Part shown: one piece after another, positions 1-10,033 of the stretch | How the letters are laid out: every line of letters starts with the position of its first letter | Position numbering within the stretch: the first letter of the stretch is position 1 | Source: an uncultured Candidatus Saccharibacteria bacterium | GTDB taxonomy: Bacteria; Patescibacteriota; Minisyncoccia; UBA6257; 2-01-FULL-56-20 | Reading direction: 5' to 3' | DNA: 64,000 nucleotides | Assembly: GCA_964568535.1 (NCBI GenBank) | Contig: CAZMPQ010000001.1 | Location: forward strand, 6,183 to 70,182 | The notes under the pieces: model-generated | Seen by the model: only the letters and a program-made list of their open reading frames with translations | Told to the model about the DNA's origin: nothing | The model's database searches: none | Translations under genes and position numbers: made by a program

Positions 1-934
1 ACAGGTTATTCTGTCTTGCGACCGCGGCGAGCGCTTTTTTGATGGCTGCATGTTTCTCGGTCGGCGCAAAGAACATCACGCACCCTCCCCCGCCGGCCCC
101 AAGAACCTTGCCGCCCCATGCGCCATTGGCCATTCCCGCGTTGTAATACTCGTCGATGACGGAATTTGATGCGTTGGTCGTCAGGCTCTTCTTCTTGAGC
201 CATCCGTCGTGCAGCATCTCGCCCATGCCTTTCAGATCGCCCTTCACGAGCCGCGCTTCAAATTCCGGCACGAGGTCGGCCATCGCCTTGAGCGTCTCCA
301 TCTTCTTTGCAATATTCGCTTTTTGCTGCGTCAGGACGCTTGATGCATCCCGCGTAAGCCCCATGAAGAACACCAACATGTTTTGCTCAAGCGTTGAACG
401 CACTTTATAGTCGATCAACACCGGCCTCGCATCCACCGTGCCGTTCATATTGAACTGGAATACATTGAACCCGCCGAACGCAGCTGCATATTGGTCTTGT
501 TTTCCGATAGGTTCTCCGACAAGGTCTATTTCAAGCCGGCTCGCCGCCTCCGCGGCCTCTCCTTTGCCGATCTTCTTCCCCTGGTAGGCATGGAGCGCTT
601 TGACGAGCGCCACAGAAAAACTCGACGAAGAGCCCAGCCCGGTCTTTGATGGAAGCGGCGCGAATGATGCGATCTCAATGTTGCGCTCGATGCCCATGTC
701 CACGAGCGCGGCCTTGATCCTCGTATGACGGAGATCCTTGGCATAATCCACCGTTTCCGAAGAGCTGTAGCGCGCCGAAACTTTGTCCACCAATGGGGTC
801 CGATTTAAAACCACATAGACATATTTATCGATAGCTGCGGAAATAACGCGCCCGGGCGAGCGGCGATAAAAATCGGGGAGGTCCGTTCCCCCACCGACAA
901 AGCTGATGCGCATAGGCGCACGGGCAACGATCAT
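1..934 (-). CDS. GHMP-family sugar kinase, HddA/WcbL-like D-glycero-alpha-D-manno-heptose-7-phosphate kinase; partial, the 3' end runs off the window
   Basis: Manual reverse-strand translation. The ORF track does not list it because no stop codon lies in the window. It begins MIVARAPMRISFVGGGTDLPDFY (the GHMP motif I signature), then GLGSSSSF (the phosphate-binding loop), and ends ...GAGGGGCVMFF. Confidence 0.6.
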   Translation of the reverse strand, partial: MIVARAPMRISFVGGGTDLPDFYRRSPGRVISAAIDKYVYVVLNRTPLVDKVSARYSSSETVDYAKDLRHTRIKAALVDMGIERNIEIASFAPLPSKTGLGSSSSFSVALVKALHAYQGKKIGKGEAAEAASRLEIDLVGEPIGKQDQYAAAFGGFNVFQFNMNGTVDARPVLIDYKVRSTLEQNMLVFFMGLTRDASSVLTQQKANIAKKMETLKAMADLVPEFEARLVKGDLKGMGEMLHDGWLKKKSLTTNASNSVIDEYYNAGMANGAWGGKVLGAGGGGCVMFFAPTEKHAAIKKALAAVARQNNL

Positions 935-969
935 AACATCACTAATCTAACGGAAAAGTCCTGCTTTCG

Positions 970-1839
970 TCAATCTGAACGCCGCACCTCGCCAGATAAG
1001 AACTTCTTTACCGGCCACAGGAGCGCATGTACACGCCTGCGGATGCCGAACGGAATGACCGCATAACACAGTTGCAATAGATGAATGAAAAAGCCGTGCA
1101 AAAATCCCGGATACTTTTCGCGATACCGCCAGAGGACCCGAAATGCTTTTACCGTATGCGGCAACATATCTTTCGCAGAACGATTCAGCCCGGTCGAGGT
1201 GTAATACGAAAAATATGCCGGGAAGTTATAGAGTTTTCCCGCAAGACCCATCTTCAGCGAGAAGTCCCAGTCCTCGTTGAAATTCAGCTCACGATCAAAT
1301 CCGCCGACGCGGCGCAACACGTCCGCGCGATAGATGCCGGTGGAAGACGCGATGGGGTTCGTGACGAGCGCCGTGCGATGAATTGCTTCGTTCGTCTCTT
1401 CTTTGAAATAACGATAGATTTCCTTGCCGTCCGGGTCCACAACGATCATTCCCCCGCCGGCACCCACATAGTCCGGATGCTCGTCCAAGAACGCAACCTG
1501 CCGTGCAAGCTTATCGTTGCCGATCCAGGCGTCGTCCGAGTCCACGCGGGCGATATACTTCCCCCGCGCGACCTCCACGCCGCGATTGAACGTATAAGGA
1601 ATGCCGCTGTTTCTGTCGTTCTCCAGATAAACGATGCGCGGATCTTGTTTTGCGTACTCCGCGACCACTTCGCGCGTATTATCTGTTGAACCGTCGTTCA
1701 CCACGATAAGCTCGAGCTCGCGAAGCGTCTGTCCCAAGACGCTCGAAATAGACTTGCCGACAAATCGCGCCTGATTCCATGTCGGCATGATGACCGACAC
1801 AACCGGCATGACGGAGTTTTCCTTTGGCGCTGTGTTCAT
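970..1839 (-). CDS. family 2 glycosyltransferase
   Basis: Carries VSVIMPTWNQ...VVNDGSTDNT...DSDD (GT-A fold, DxD). I chose the start at M37 (MNTAPKEN) because it gives an ATGA overlap with the upstream gene; alternative starts are at 1809 and 1947. Confidence 0.7.
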   Translation of the reverse strand: MNTAPKENSVMPVVSVIMPTWNQARFVGKSISSVLGQTLRELELIVVNDGSTDNTREVVAEYAKQDPRIVYLENDRNSGIPYTFNRGVEVARGKYIARVDSDDAWIGNDKLARQVAFLDEHPDYVGAGGGMIVVDPDGKEIYRYFKEETNEAIHRTALVTNPIASSTGIYRADVLRRVGGFDRELNFNEDWDFSLKMGLAGKLYNFPAYFSYYTSTGLNRSAKDMLPHTVKAFRVLWRYREKYPGFLHGFFIHLLQLCYAVIPFGIRRRVHALLWPVKKFLSGEVRRSD

Positions 1840-2810
1840 TCGTCGAGTTCGGAAAGCCTGAGTTCGCGGCGGCGGTAGTATACCTTCACCAGGATCTTTT
1901 GCACGAATCCCGCAGGCAAGATAGCGAGCGGCAGCCATACGAGCCATCCGAGCATTACGCCAAGCGGATATTCCGCGAATGCGCTCGTGATGTGGGGCTT
2001 CGCCTCAGCTCTTCGCGCGTTCATCAGATATGCAAGGCCGAGATTCAACCGATAGCGCCTTCTCTGCCGACGCATATCAACGCGCATGCGTTCCTCTGGG
2101 GTCATTTTCGCATTGAGCCGTTCTAGAACTTCTAACATCGTCTCTTTCACTTTTGGCTGGCTTTCTACTCCCTGCAGATTTGCGGTCTTCCGCATGCGCA
2201 ATTTCGCCAGGCGCTTCGACAGGAACTCAAAACGCGCGCCGCCGTGCGCAAGGCGCAGCCAGAATTCAAGATCTTCAGAACGCTTGAGGTTCTCATCGAA
2301 CATGCCGAACCGCTCGATTACCGAGCGCCGGAGCACGACCGACAGCGGCGCGATGAAATTCATGGCCAAGAGATGCGGCAGGACCTCTTCGCCGGAATAA
2401 TACTCGTAGTTCAAGCGCAATAGTGTCGATTCACCGTCCCAAAAGTGGTAGAGGTTGCAGTACGAAACATCGCACGATGGGTGCGCTGTGAGATATGCGA
2501 TCTGCTCGGCTATCTTTTCGGGCAGAAATACGTCGTCGGAATCCAAAAGCGCGATGAATTCGCCCTTACTTGCCTTGATGCCGGTGTTACGCGCGCTAGA
2601 GAGCCCTGCGTTCGCTTGGTAGATGTACGTTATCTTTTTCGCGTTGATATACGGCTCCAACACTGCCTTCGTGTCGTCGGTGGAACCATCGTCAACCACG
2701 ATAATTTCACAGTTCGGATAGATTTGCGCGAGCGCAGAGTCCACCGCTTCGCGGACATAGCGCGCTGTGTTCCACGACGGGATGATAATGGAGACAAGGG
2801 GCTGCGACAT
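1836..2810 (-). CDS. family 2 glycosyltransferase
   Basis: Carries VSIIIPSWNTARYV...IIVVDDGSTDDT...LDSDD. Confidence 0.8.
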   Translation of the reverse strand: MSQPLVSIIIPSWNTARYVREAVDSALAQIYPNCEIIVVDDGSTDDTKAVLEPYINAKKITYIYQANAGLSSARNTGIKASKGEFIALLDSDDVFLPEKIAEQIAYLTAHPSCDVSYCNLYHFWDGESTLLRLNYEYYSGEEVLPHLLAMNFIAPLSVVLRRSVIERFGMFDENLKRSEDLEFWLRLAHGGARFEFLSKRLAKLRMRKTANLQGVESQPKVKETMLEVLERLNAKMTPEERMRVDMRRQRRRYRLNLGLAYLMNARRAEAKPHITSAFAEYPLGVMLGWLVWLPLAILPAGFVQKILVKVYYRRRELRLSELDE

Positions 2811-2817
2811 GGCTCAC

Positions 2818-3873
2818 TTACCGCAAGGGTAATTCGTTCATGATGGCGCGGAAGCGTTCTTCGTAGGTATGTTCGCGCAGTGTTCGTTCATACGCGGCTC
2901 GCGCCATACGCTCGCGCTCTTCCGGACGTTCGAGATAATAGCGAACTTTTTCCACCAATTCTGCATGCGTGCGGAAGAACGCCATTTCGCGGTCGGGCTC
3001 GTAGTATTGCTCCACGCCAGCGGTGTATCCGGAAACGACGCACGCGCCGCACGCCGCGAGCTCAAAAATACGTGCGTGAATATGCGACTCAGCGAAATGC
3101 CACCACGCCTGCGCGTTCCGCACGATGTGGCGGTCCGGCACGATGCGGTTCCGCGATTTCATGAAGAATAGTCGCCCGAGCACCCATGGATCAAACCGCG
3201 ACGGACGGTCGTTCAGGTTGAGCATCATCTTGCTGCGACCGATGATGTCCATCATCTGCTTGGGCGATATGCGGCCCGATGGCCAGCCGAGCCCGAACGC
3301 CTCCACGCGAAATCCTGCGCTGCGCAACGCTCGCACCGCCTCTTCTCGCGGCCGTTTCCACTGCCCGATAAACGCCACGTCGATATCGCGTTCACCGGTC
3401 GTTTCAACCGGCCAGTAGGCGTTCGGATTCGCCGCCCATTGCGAGAGAAAAATATTCTGTATGCCAGCATTCTTGTACCATGCGACCGCCTGCGGCGCCG
3501 TCGTCACCGCGAGCGTAAAATATGGGGCCCAGATGCGCGAATAGTTCCAAAATCGCCAGTAATCGTCCGCAAACCATGCAACGGTCTTCGTTGTTGTTTC
3601 CTTGCGAATACGCTCCAGAACTGCCGGCTCGCATTCATCGGTATACATGAACACGAAAAGCATCTCCGGCTGTTCACGCTTTACCAAGTGCCACAATTCT
3701 TCGTTCCACATACGCTTGCCCATCGCGAGGATGCGGTCGAACGGGTGCGCAAGAACAGAAACGCCTGGCATACGCGCAAGCGTTCCCAGAAAATTCACTT
3801 GCTCAAAGCTCGGCGACCGCTTCGGGTCGTAGTTCTCCGCTTCGATACCGGCATAGAGGACCTTCATGCGCAC
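2818..3873 (-). CDS. CgeB-like glycosyltransferase (DUF3880 / Glyco_trans_1_2)
   Basis: The C-terminal region FELAACGACVVS...YYLERPEERERMARAAYERTLREHTYEERF is typical of the CgeB family. It is a paralog of the 23153..24202 gene. Confidence 0.6.
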   Translation of the reverse strand: MRMKVLYAGIEAENYDPKRSPSFEQVNFLGTLARMPGVSVLAHPFDRILAMGKRMWNEELWHLVKREQPEMLFVFMYTDECEPAVLERIRKETTTKTVAWFADDYWRFWNYSRIWAPYFTLAVTTAPQAVAWYKNAGIQNIFLSQWAANPNAYWPVETTGERDIDVAFIGQWKRPREEAVRALRSAGFRVEAFGLGWPSGRISPKQMMDIIGRSKMMLNLNDRPSRFDPWVLGRLFFMKSRNRIVPDRHIVRNAQAWWHFAESHIHARIFELAACGACVVSGYTAGVEQYYEPDREMAFFRTHAELVEKVRYYLERPEERERMARAAYERTLREHTYEERFRAIMNELPLR

Positions 3874-5135
3874 ATCCCAAATAGCCCTACGGAGGGTGGC
3901 GGATTTTGTCGGACGCGCGATAACAAACGTGAAAGTTGCTTTTCAACCATAGGCACTGAAATTGCAGCGATGCATGGCGATGGTTCGTTTGGCGGCAAAT
4001 CGCGGCCACATCGCCAATTATCACCGTAACACGGAGACAGCGCAGCAACCCACACATTCGTATCCGGATAGCCATAGTCCTGAAACATACCGTACTGCCC
4101 ACCTCCCGTAACGCAGATGGAGGGGTGCTTGATTGCTACTGCAATGTGTATGCTCGCAGTGTCGTTCGTAAGAAGCACTATTGATCCTCGCATAAGCTCA
4201 ACGAGCTCCCCAAGGGATGTTTTTCCCGTGATATCCATGTGTTTTTCTTGAATAAGACGCGTGACCGCCGCAGATGCCTCCGCATCGGCAAATGCACCCA
4301 CAAATACCGGCGTAATCTTTCGTGCTGAAAGAATCCTCGCCATCGCCGCAAATCGATCCTTAGGCCACCGCTTATAGGCAACGCTTGCACCAACGTTCAC
4401 TAAGGCGTAGTCCTCACCAACAAGCCCGAACTTCTCACGCGCCGCAACCGTATCGCCGAGGCGTGGCAATTCGGTTGCGTAATCTTGTTCTGCAAAACCT
4501 GTTGCTCCTTCATAGATGATGATGTAGTGACTGATGACGTGTGGTAAGCGCCCACTGGGGTCACTATTATCCGAAATCGCGGGGATGACTTTCGTGTATC
4601 TGGGTAGATACTGGTCACGGACGATACGTAGGTTGCGCGACTGCTGAAAGTCAAAGGGATTTCGATATTCGAACTTCATACCCTCATACCCGACAACCTC
4701 ATTTGCTCGGAGCGATGTGGCAATTATCTTGCCCATAATTTCTGAAGCGCTGAAATCATGATTGATGACTCGCGAAAATCCACGGCGACGGAGATCGCTG
4801 ATTATGCGCAGACCAATCAGTGGGTTCATCGCAAATGAGGAGTATGGAACAAGCACGATGTCGTCTACATAATATCCCGCAGCAAATACCTCAAAACCCG
4901 TACCCTGTTTGATGAGCAATGTGATATGTGTGTCGGGAAAACGCCGCTTATAGTGCTTGAGGACCGATGTAAACAACACGAGGTCGCCGAGCGCCTCCAG
5001 ATTGATGATGAGCAGCCGCTTATCCCAGCCAACGCGGTTCGGCGCCGGAGCAAAAAGCGCCACGAGCGCCGCTCGGAGTGGCGTTACGAGCTTTGTTTTG
5101 ATGATGAATTTCAAAACGCTGCCGAGCATCCTCAT
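3864..5135 (-). CDS. GT9 ADP-heptose:acceptor heptosyltransferase (RfaF/RfaC-like)
   Basis: Carries LLIINLEALGDLVLFTSVLKHYKRRFPDTHITLL (N-terminal) and LLTNDTASIHIAVAIKHPSICVTGGG (GT9 C-terminal). It sits next to the heptose-nucleotide biosynthesis genes. Confidence 0.7.
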   Translation of the reverse strand: MRMLGSVLKFIIKTKLVTPLRAALVALFAPAPNRVGWDKRLLIINLEALGDLVLFTSVLKHYKRRFPDTHITLLIKQGTGFEVFAAGYYVDDIVLVPYSSFAMNPLIGLRIISDLRRRGFSRVINHDFSASEIMGKIIATSLRANEVVGYEGMKFEYRNPFDFQQSRNLRIVRDQYLPRYTKVIPAISDNSDPSGRLPHVISHYIIIYEGATGFAEQDYATELPRLGDTVAAREKFGLVGEDYALVNVGASVAYKRWPKDRFAAMARILSARKITPVFVGAFADAEASAAVTRLIQEKHMDITGKTSLGELVELMRGSIVLLTNDTASIHIAVAIKHPSICVTGGGQYGMFQDYGYPDTNVWVAALSPCYGDNWRCGRDLPPNEPSPCIAAISVPMVEKQLSRLLSRVRQNPPPSVGLFGMCA

Positions 5136-6101
5136 TTACGCAGGCCGCGCCAGCGCGCGTTTTAGTTCGCCGGCAGTGAGCGCCGTCGTTCCCTCGCGGC
5201 TCACTACGAGACCCGCGGCAGTGTTCGCGAGACGCGCTGCAACAAGGAGCGGCTCGCCCGAGGCGAGCGCAAGCGCAAGTACTGCGGCGACCGTATCGCC
5301 CGCACCCGTCACGTCGAACACCTCACGCGCGTTCGACGGAATATGCACCGCTCCCTTGCGAGCGATATCGCCCACGGTCATGCCATGCTCACCCCGCGTG
5401 AGCACTACGGACGCATTGAATTTCTTCCGAAGTGCCTCTGCTGCCTCACGGGCGGTTTGTGCCGTCGTCGCGTTTATCCCCACGAGCGCTCGTGTTTCAA
5501 CAATGTTCGGGGTGACTGCTGCGATGCCGCGGAAGAACGTGGCATGTTGGGGCTTACAATCGGCAATGATACGCTTTCCTCCAAATCGCTTGCGGAGCGC
5601 GGAAACCACACGCGGGGTCACTACTCCTTTTGCGTAGTCGGATACAACAATGAAATCAACTGGGTCGAGCCGGGCGATCTCTTTAAGCACTGCGGTCTCC
5701 GCTCCTCGAGTAAGACCCCCCGGTGTTTCATGGTCCAAGCGAAGTAATTGGTGCCTCCGCGCAGCTATGCGCGTCTTGACGGTCGTCACGCGGTGCGGGT
5801 CGCGAACTAAGTGCGTTGCGATGTTCATCGCCTTCGCGAGTCGACCGAGCTCCGTTCCAGCAGTATCATTCCCGACAACCCCAAGTAAGATTGCCTTTCC
5901 ACCGAGAGAAGCGACGTTTGCCGCCGTGTTTCCCGCGCCGCCCAGGTGTCCACTTCGCTCGCGTTCCACCACTACCGGCACTGGTGCTTCTGGTGAGATA
6001 CGCTCCACATCGCCACGCACGAACGCATCAAGCATCACATCACCAACTACAAGAATGGTTTTTTTTGTAAACTGATCGATTATGGACGTTTTTGTGCTCA
6101 T
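5136..6101 (-). CDS. hldE: D-glycero-beta-D-manno-heptose-7-phosphate kinase (pfkB/ribokinase family; equivalent to HldE domain I, i.e. HldA)
   Basis: Carries ILVVGDVMLDAFVRGDVERISPEAPVPVVV and GGAGNTAANVASLGG, with the C-terminal pfkB signature DVTGAGDT. Confidence 0.75.
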   Translation of the reverse strand: MSTKTSIIDQFTKKTILVVGDVMLDAFVRGDVERISPEAPVPVVVERERSGHLGGAGNTAANVASLGGKAILLGVVGNDTAGTELGRLAKAMNIATHLVRDPHRVTTVKTRIAARRHQLLRLDHETPGGLTRGAETAVLKEIARLDPVDFIVVSDYAKGVVTPRVVSALRKRFGGKRIIADCKPQHATFFRGIAAVTPNIVETRALVGINATTAQTAREAAEALRKKFNASVVLTRGEHGMTVGDIARKGAVHIPSNAREVFDVTGAGDTVAAVLALALASGEPLLVAARLANTAAGLVVSREGTTALTAGELKRALARPA

Positions 6102-6463
6102 GTATGTAATTGCGAATCCCCATTCGCGAGGCGATACGTATCATCTTCACGATGCTCTGTAGAGAATTCAAATACCTCGCTCTGCTCCACGCCAGTGAAC
6201 TGGTGCGGCAACCCAGGTGGGATGTGTATGGACTCCCCGGCGCGCATCATGCGGCGAATCGGCTCCGCGGGATATCCAAACGGGTAGGTATCCATCTGCA
6301 CGGCGCCGCTCTGCACATAGAACGTCTCATCCTTCAGCTTGTGATAATGGACGCTGCACCGCTTCCCCTTATCGAGCAAAAGCTTTTTCCCGCAATACTG
6401 GGGGTTATTCGCTATCCATTGTTCCTCCCCCCAACCCTTGGGATGTCGTTCGGGAGCTTCCAT
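6098..6463 (-). CDS. cupin-domain protein (possible sugar isomerase/epimerase)
   Basis: Carries WGEEQWIANNPQYCGKKLLLDKGKRCSVHYHKLKDETFYVQSG (cupin_2). I moved the start to M86 at 6463 to avoid overlap with the divergent plus-strand gene. Confidence 0.45.
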   Translation of the reverse strand: MEAPERHPKGWGEEQWIANNPQYCGKKLLLDKGKRCSVHYHKLKDETFYVQSGAVQMDTYPFGYPAEPIRRMMRAGESIHIPPGLPHQFTGVEQSEVFEFSTEHREDDTYRLANGDSQLHT

Positions 6464-6506
6464 AACGATTGTAAGAATGTCATACCTTCCGTATGATGAC
6501 AATATC

Positions 6507-7007
6507 ATGACGCACATGGCCACAAAACGCATCGTCACGCTTACCGAAGCCGCACGCATCGCGCGGCGGGCTCGTTGGGCAGGCAAGCGCGTCGTTACGA
6601 CGAACGGCTGCTTCGACATCCTCCACGTCGGCCACATCCACAATCTGGAAGCCGCGCGAGCGCTTGGCGACCTCCTCATTGTCGGCGTAAACTCCGACGC
6701 ATCGGTAAGCTCGTTCAAAGGCCCAGGGCGGCCTATCGTGACCGCGCGCGAACGCGCCGAGGTTCTTGCCGCACTTCGGCCGGTCGATTATGTCCTCATT
6801 TTCTCTGAACCGACGCCGAACCGCTGGCTCGCGGCGGTCCGTCCGCACGTGCACGTGAAAGGCGGTGATCGACCGATGAGTCAGATCGTCGAACGTGACG
6901 TCGTTCGGCGTGCCGGCGGAAAGATCGTACTCCTCAAGACCATCGCCGGGAAATCGACGACGAACATCATCGGGCGTATCGCCCGGACGTTACGAAAGCG
7001 CTCCTGA
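6507..7007 (+). CDS. hldE: D-beta-D-heptose-1-phosphate adenylyltransferase (cytidylyltransferase-like; equivalent to HldE domain II, i.e. HldC)
   Basis: Carries KRVVTTNGCFDILHVGHIHNLEAARALGDLLIVGVNSD (the HxGH nucleotidyltransferase motif). The start at 6507 is a choice; 6516 and 6438 are also possible. Confidence 0.75.
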   Translation: MTHMATKRIVTLTEAARIARRARWAGKRVVTTNGCFDILHVGHIHNLEAARALGDLLIVGVNSDASVSSFKGPGRPIVTARERAEVLAALRPVDYVLIFSEPTPNRWLAAVRPHVHVKGGDRPMSQIVERDVVRRAGGKIVLLKTIAGKSTTNIIGRIARTLRKRS

Positions 7008-7901
7008 CATAGCATAATCCGAGATGCCACGCTCTAGATCGTACTCCGGCACGAATTCGATGAGTTCTTTTGCACGTGTCATATCGCATTCGGTATATGT
7101 TTGATAGGTCGCAGCGTATGGGTTATCGATATAGACCGGTTTCCGCGTGGTGCCCATCACGCGATTCAGCGTCGCAATGACGTCGTTGAACGTCCGCGCT
7201 TTTCCGAATCCGCAATTCACAGTACCGCTCGCACCGGCTTGCGCAGCGAGGAGATTTGCGCGAACGGCGTCCTTTACGTAGATATAATCGCGCCTCTGCT
7301 CGCCATACTTAAAAATCTTTGGGTCTCCGACTTTCATTTGCCGGGCAAGCTGATATACCATACTTGCCATTTTGCCCTTATGGCTTTCCCCGGGTCCGTA
7401 TACATTGCAATATCGCAAACCGACAACAATTGTGTCTGGGTTTCCGCCTGCGAATCGCATCGCGAACTCGTCCAGCGCTTTTTTTGACTCGCCGTACGGA
7501 TTAAGCGGAGCAAGTGGGCCGTCCTCGCGATACGGCGCCGGAACGTTCCCGTAGACTGCGGTTGACGATGCATACACGATGCGTCGGCAGCCGGCATTGA
7601 CTGCACTGGCGAAAAGCGGCTTCACCGCCTCTACGTTCACGAAGAACATCTTTTCACGGTCGGTCACAAGGGTATCCGTAATGGCTGCTTGGTGGAATAG
7701 GACATCAATGGAGCCGATCTTTTCCCAATCGATATCGTGGAATGTCGGCTGGAGTATGGGACCTCGGAACCCAGACAGTTTTTGTTCTGCATCACTCCCA
7801 GTTACTATGACGTCCCATCCTTGCGCGTCCAGCGTACGCACGAGATTAGAGCCGATGAAACCGGTCCCGCCAGTTACTAACGCTTTTTTCTTTCTTAGCA
7901 T
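6990..7901 (-). CDS. hldD: ADP-L-glycero-D-manno-heptose-6-epimerase
   Basis: Carries ALVTGGTGFIGSNLV, YASSTAVYG, YGESK, LRYCNVYGPGESHKGKMASMVYQLARQ and DYIYVKD. It is collinear with E. coli HldD over its full ~300 aa length. Confidence 0.8.
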   Translation of the reverse strand: MLRKKKALVTGGTGFIGSNLVRTLDAQGWDVIVTGSDAEQKLSGFRGPILQPTFHDIDWEKIGSIDVLFHQAAITDTLVTDREKMFFVNVEAVKPLFASAVNAGCRRIVYASSTAVYGNVPAPYREDGPLAPLNPYGESKKALDEFAMRFAGGNPDTIVVGLRYCNVYGPGESHKGKMASMVYQLARQMKVGDPKIFKYGEQRRDYIYVKDAVRANLLAAQAGASGTVNCGFGKARTFNDVIATLNRVMGTTRKPVYIDNPYAATYQTYTECDMTRAKELIEFVPEYDLERGISDYAMSGALS

Positions 7902-7963
7902 TATCCCAAAGTATATAAGCGGCCCTACAATCGCACAACAATCATTTCATCTGATTGTGACGC

Positions 7964-9166
7964 TCAGATCATCGCGTCAACAATGCCCTGCGCGAATTTT
8001 TCCCAGGACATGTTTTCCTGCACGAACGTCTGACCCGCCGTGGCTATTTTTTTATAGAGCTCAGAGTCGTCCACAACCATCTTCACCTTGTCTGCTATCT
8101 GCTGCGGCGACATCGGGTCAACGGCGAGCGCGGTTTCGCCGTCCCGAAGCGCTTCCATCACGTCGTTCGTGCGGCAAACAATAAGCGGTAACCCTGCCGC
8201 GAGCGCCTCAAAAGCCGTCATCTGCCAGCCGAAACCGTTCCGCGGCGGCGGGAGGTGGATGGGCAATATGAATATGTGGCTCGTCGCGTAGAGTTTTTTG
8301 AGCTCGTCCTCGCTCGCCCCCTCGGGCATGAGCCGAACGTGCGGTTCAAGCTTCCGCTCGGCCACGAACCGTCGGAGTTCCGCAAGATATTCGTCCTGTC
8401 CCCAGATGTTCTTGCATACCACAACAAGACGCACGTTCCGACCCTCCTCGTGGAGGATACGAACGGCATCTATCGCGTCCTCAAACCGACGATATTTGTT
8501 GAGCGCACCGACCGTCATGAGCGTGACTTGCCCTTTGCCGTCCATATTCCGCACCGGCGCCGCGAATGCTTTGACATCAATGCCGGTCCACGCGATGGAC
8601 GTTCGCACGCCGCGCGCCTCAAGCCACACCTGATTTCGTTTCACGAGCGTCACTGCGGCGTCCAAACTTGCGAACGCCTTGCGTTCAGTCATGTCGGCAT
8701 ACATATTCCACGCCCGGCTTGCCCAATCGTAGAGCATGTTTGCTTTCGGTAAGTATTGGTATGGCGGGTCTGCCATGTACCACACAAGCTTCGCTCGCGA
8801 AACGCGCGGACGAACGTATGGTGCGACGCGATATGCAAAGTCGTGCAGGTTCACGAGGTCGGTATCGGCGTCTATCGCCGCAGCAATGCGGCGTGCAGCG
8901 TCGTCCAAACGGCGGACTTGCTCGCGTTTTTCTCGGATGCGCCCCCAAAGCCCCGCGCTTGCGTATTGCCACACGAGCGGACGCTCTGGACGCACGATGC
9001 GGATGTCTATCCCCCGCCGCAGTTCCGGATATACTTGCTCGTCAAACTCCGGCGCATATAACGCGACCGTATGCCCCAAGCGCGTGAGCGCATGCGCTTC
9101 CTCGTAGATAAGCCGCACGCCGCCGGCTTGCCAGCTCAGATTGAAACAAACAAGCGCAATTCTCAT
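7964..9166 (-). CDS. GT4 (group 1) glycosyltransferase
   Basis: Has the C-terminal GT-B signature EALAAGLPLIVCRTNDVMEALRDGETALAV. Confidence 0.75.
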   Translation of the reverse strand: MRIALVCFNLSWQAGGVRLIYEEAHALTRLGHTVALYAPEFDEQVYPELRRGIDIRIVRPERPLVWQYASAGLWGRIREKREQVRRLDDAARRIAAAIDADTDLVNLHDFAYRVAPYVRPRVSRAKLVWYMADPPYQYLPKANMLYDWASRAWNMYADMTERKAFASLDAAVTLVKRNQVWLEARGVRTSIAWTGIDVKAFAAPVRNMDGKGQVTLMTVGALNKYRRFEDAIDAVRILHEEGRNVRLVVVCKNIWGQDEYLAELRRFVAERKLEPHVRLMPEGASEDELKKLYATSHIFILPIHLPPPRNGFGWQMTAFEALAAGLPLIVCRTNDVMEALRDGETALAVDPMSPQQIADKVKMVVDDSELYKKIATAGQTFVQENMSWEKFAQGIVDAMI

Positions 9167-10026
9167 CCTTTTTTGAGCAACAGGTTGGTCATTCGCTCGT
9201 TCTCTCGTGGATAGCGCTCCAAAAGCTCGTCCGTTGTCACAGGACGATCGATGTCCACCTCAATGTCGTAGAACACAAATCCGAGTGCTGCCCATGCCGC
9301 AAGGAATTCCTGCGGATCCTCCCCCGCCTGTGCGAGGAGCATGGGGTAGAACTCCATGATCACCTTTACGTTTGGATTTTTCGCCAGCACATTCCGCATA
9401 CCGCGCAAGACCCGTCCTTCTGAACCTTCTACATCAATCTTCACGACAGCTATGCGCGGAGTTTGAGTGGAGAAAAATTCGTCTAACGGCAAAACTTCCA
9501 CCATGCGCGATGGTGCACCTTCCGCAAATCGGTCATAACCGAGGGAACTGTGCGGGCCGTTCTCGTAGAACGGCAACGAACCGCGTTTGTCGGAAAGCGC
9601 TTTCGGCACAAGGGTGACGTTCGCAAAGCCATTCGTTGCAATATTCTTCTCCAAGAACCCGAAGCTTCGCGGATTCGGCTCAAACGCAAAGACGCGTCCC
9701 GACGGACCGGCGAGTTTCGCCGCAAGGCACGCGTAGTAACCGATATCCGCGCCGATATCTAATACCGTGTCTCCTGTGCGGACCAATTTTCGCATGACGT
9801 CTGTCGTCCGCTCCTCAAACTTCGTAGCGTCTATGCCTTCGCGAACATCAACCTGGAGCGTGTATCCGTTCACCTCAACGACAGATGCCCGTGCCCTACC
9901 GGCGAGGAACTCTTGCAGGCGCGCCACCACGGGAAACCGCTTTTTGAGATGCAATCCGCCAAAAAGCGTTCGCCCCATGGCGTAGAGTACTCTCGATATC
10001 GGCTGGGTGATGCGGCGCATATGCAC
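9163..10026 (-). CDS. FkbM-family SAM-dependent methyltransferase
   Basis: Carries VLDIGADIGYYACLAAKLAGPSGRVFAFEPNPRSFGFLEKNIATNGFANVTLVPKAL. Confidence 0.75.
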   Translation of the reverse strand: MHMRRITQPISRVLYAMGRTLFGGLHLKKRFPVVARLQEFLAGRARASVVEVNGYTLQVDVREGIDATKFEERTTDVMRKLVRTGDTVLDIGADIGYYACLAAKLAGPSGRVFAFEPNPRSFGFLEKNIATNGFANVTLVPKALSDKRGSLPFYENGPHSSLGYDRFAEGAPSRMVEVLPLDEFFSTQTPRIAVVKIDVEGSEGRVLRGMRNVLAKNPNVKVIMEFYPMLLAQAGEDPQEFLAAWAALGFVFYDIEVDIDRPVTTDELLERYPRENERMTNLLLKKG

Positions 10027-10033
10027 CTATTGT

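Noticed and set aside
6098-6718. The full 206-aa extent of the cupin ORF
   Set aside because: Its N-terminal 85 codons overlap the divergent adenylyltransferase gene and have no cupin-like sequence. I kept only the 122-aa core starting at M86.
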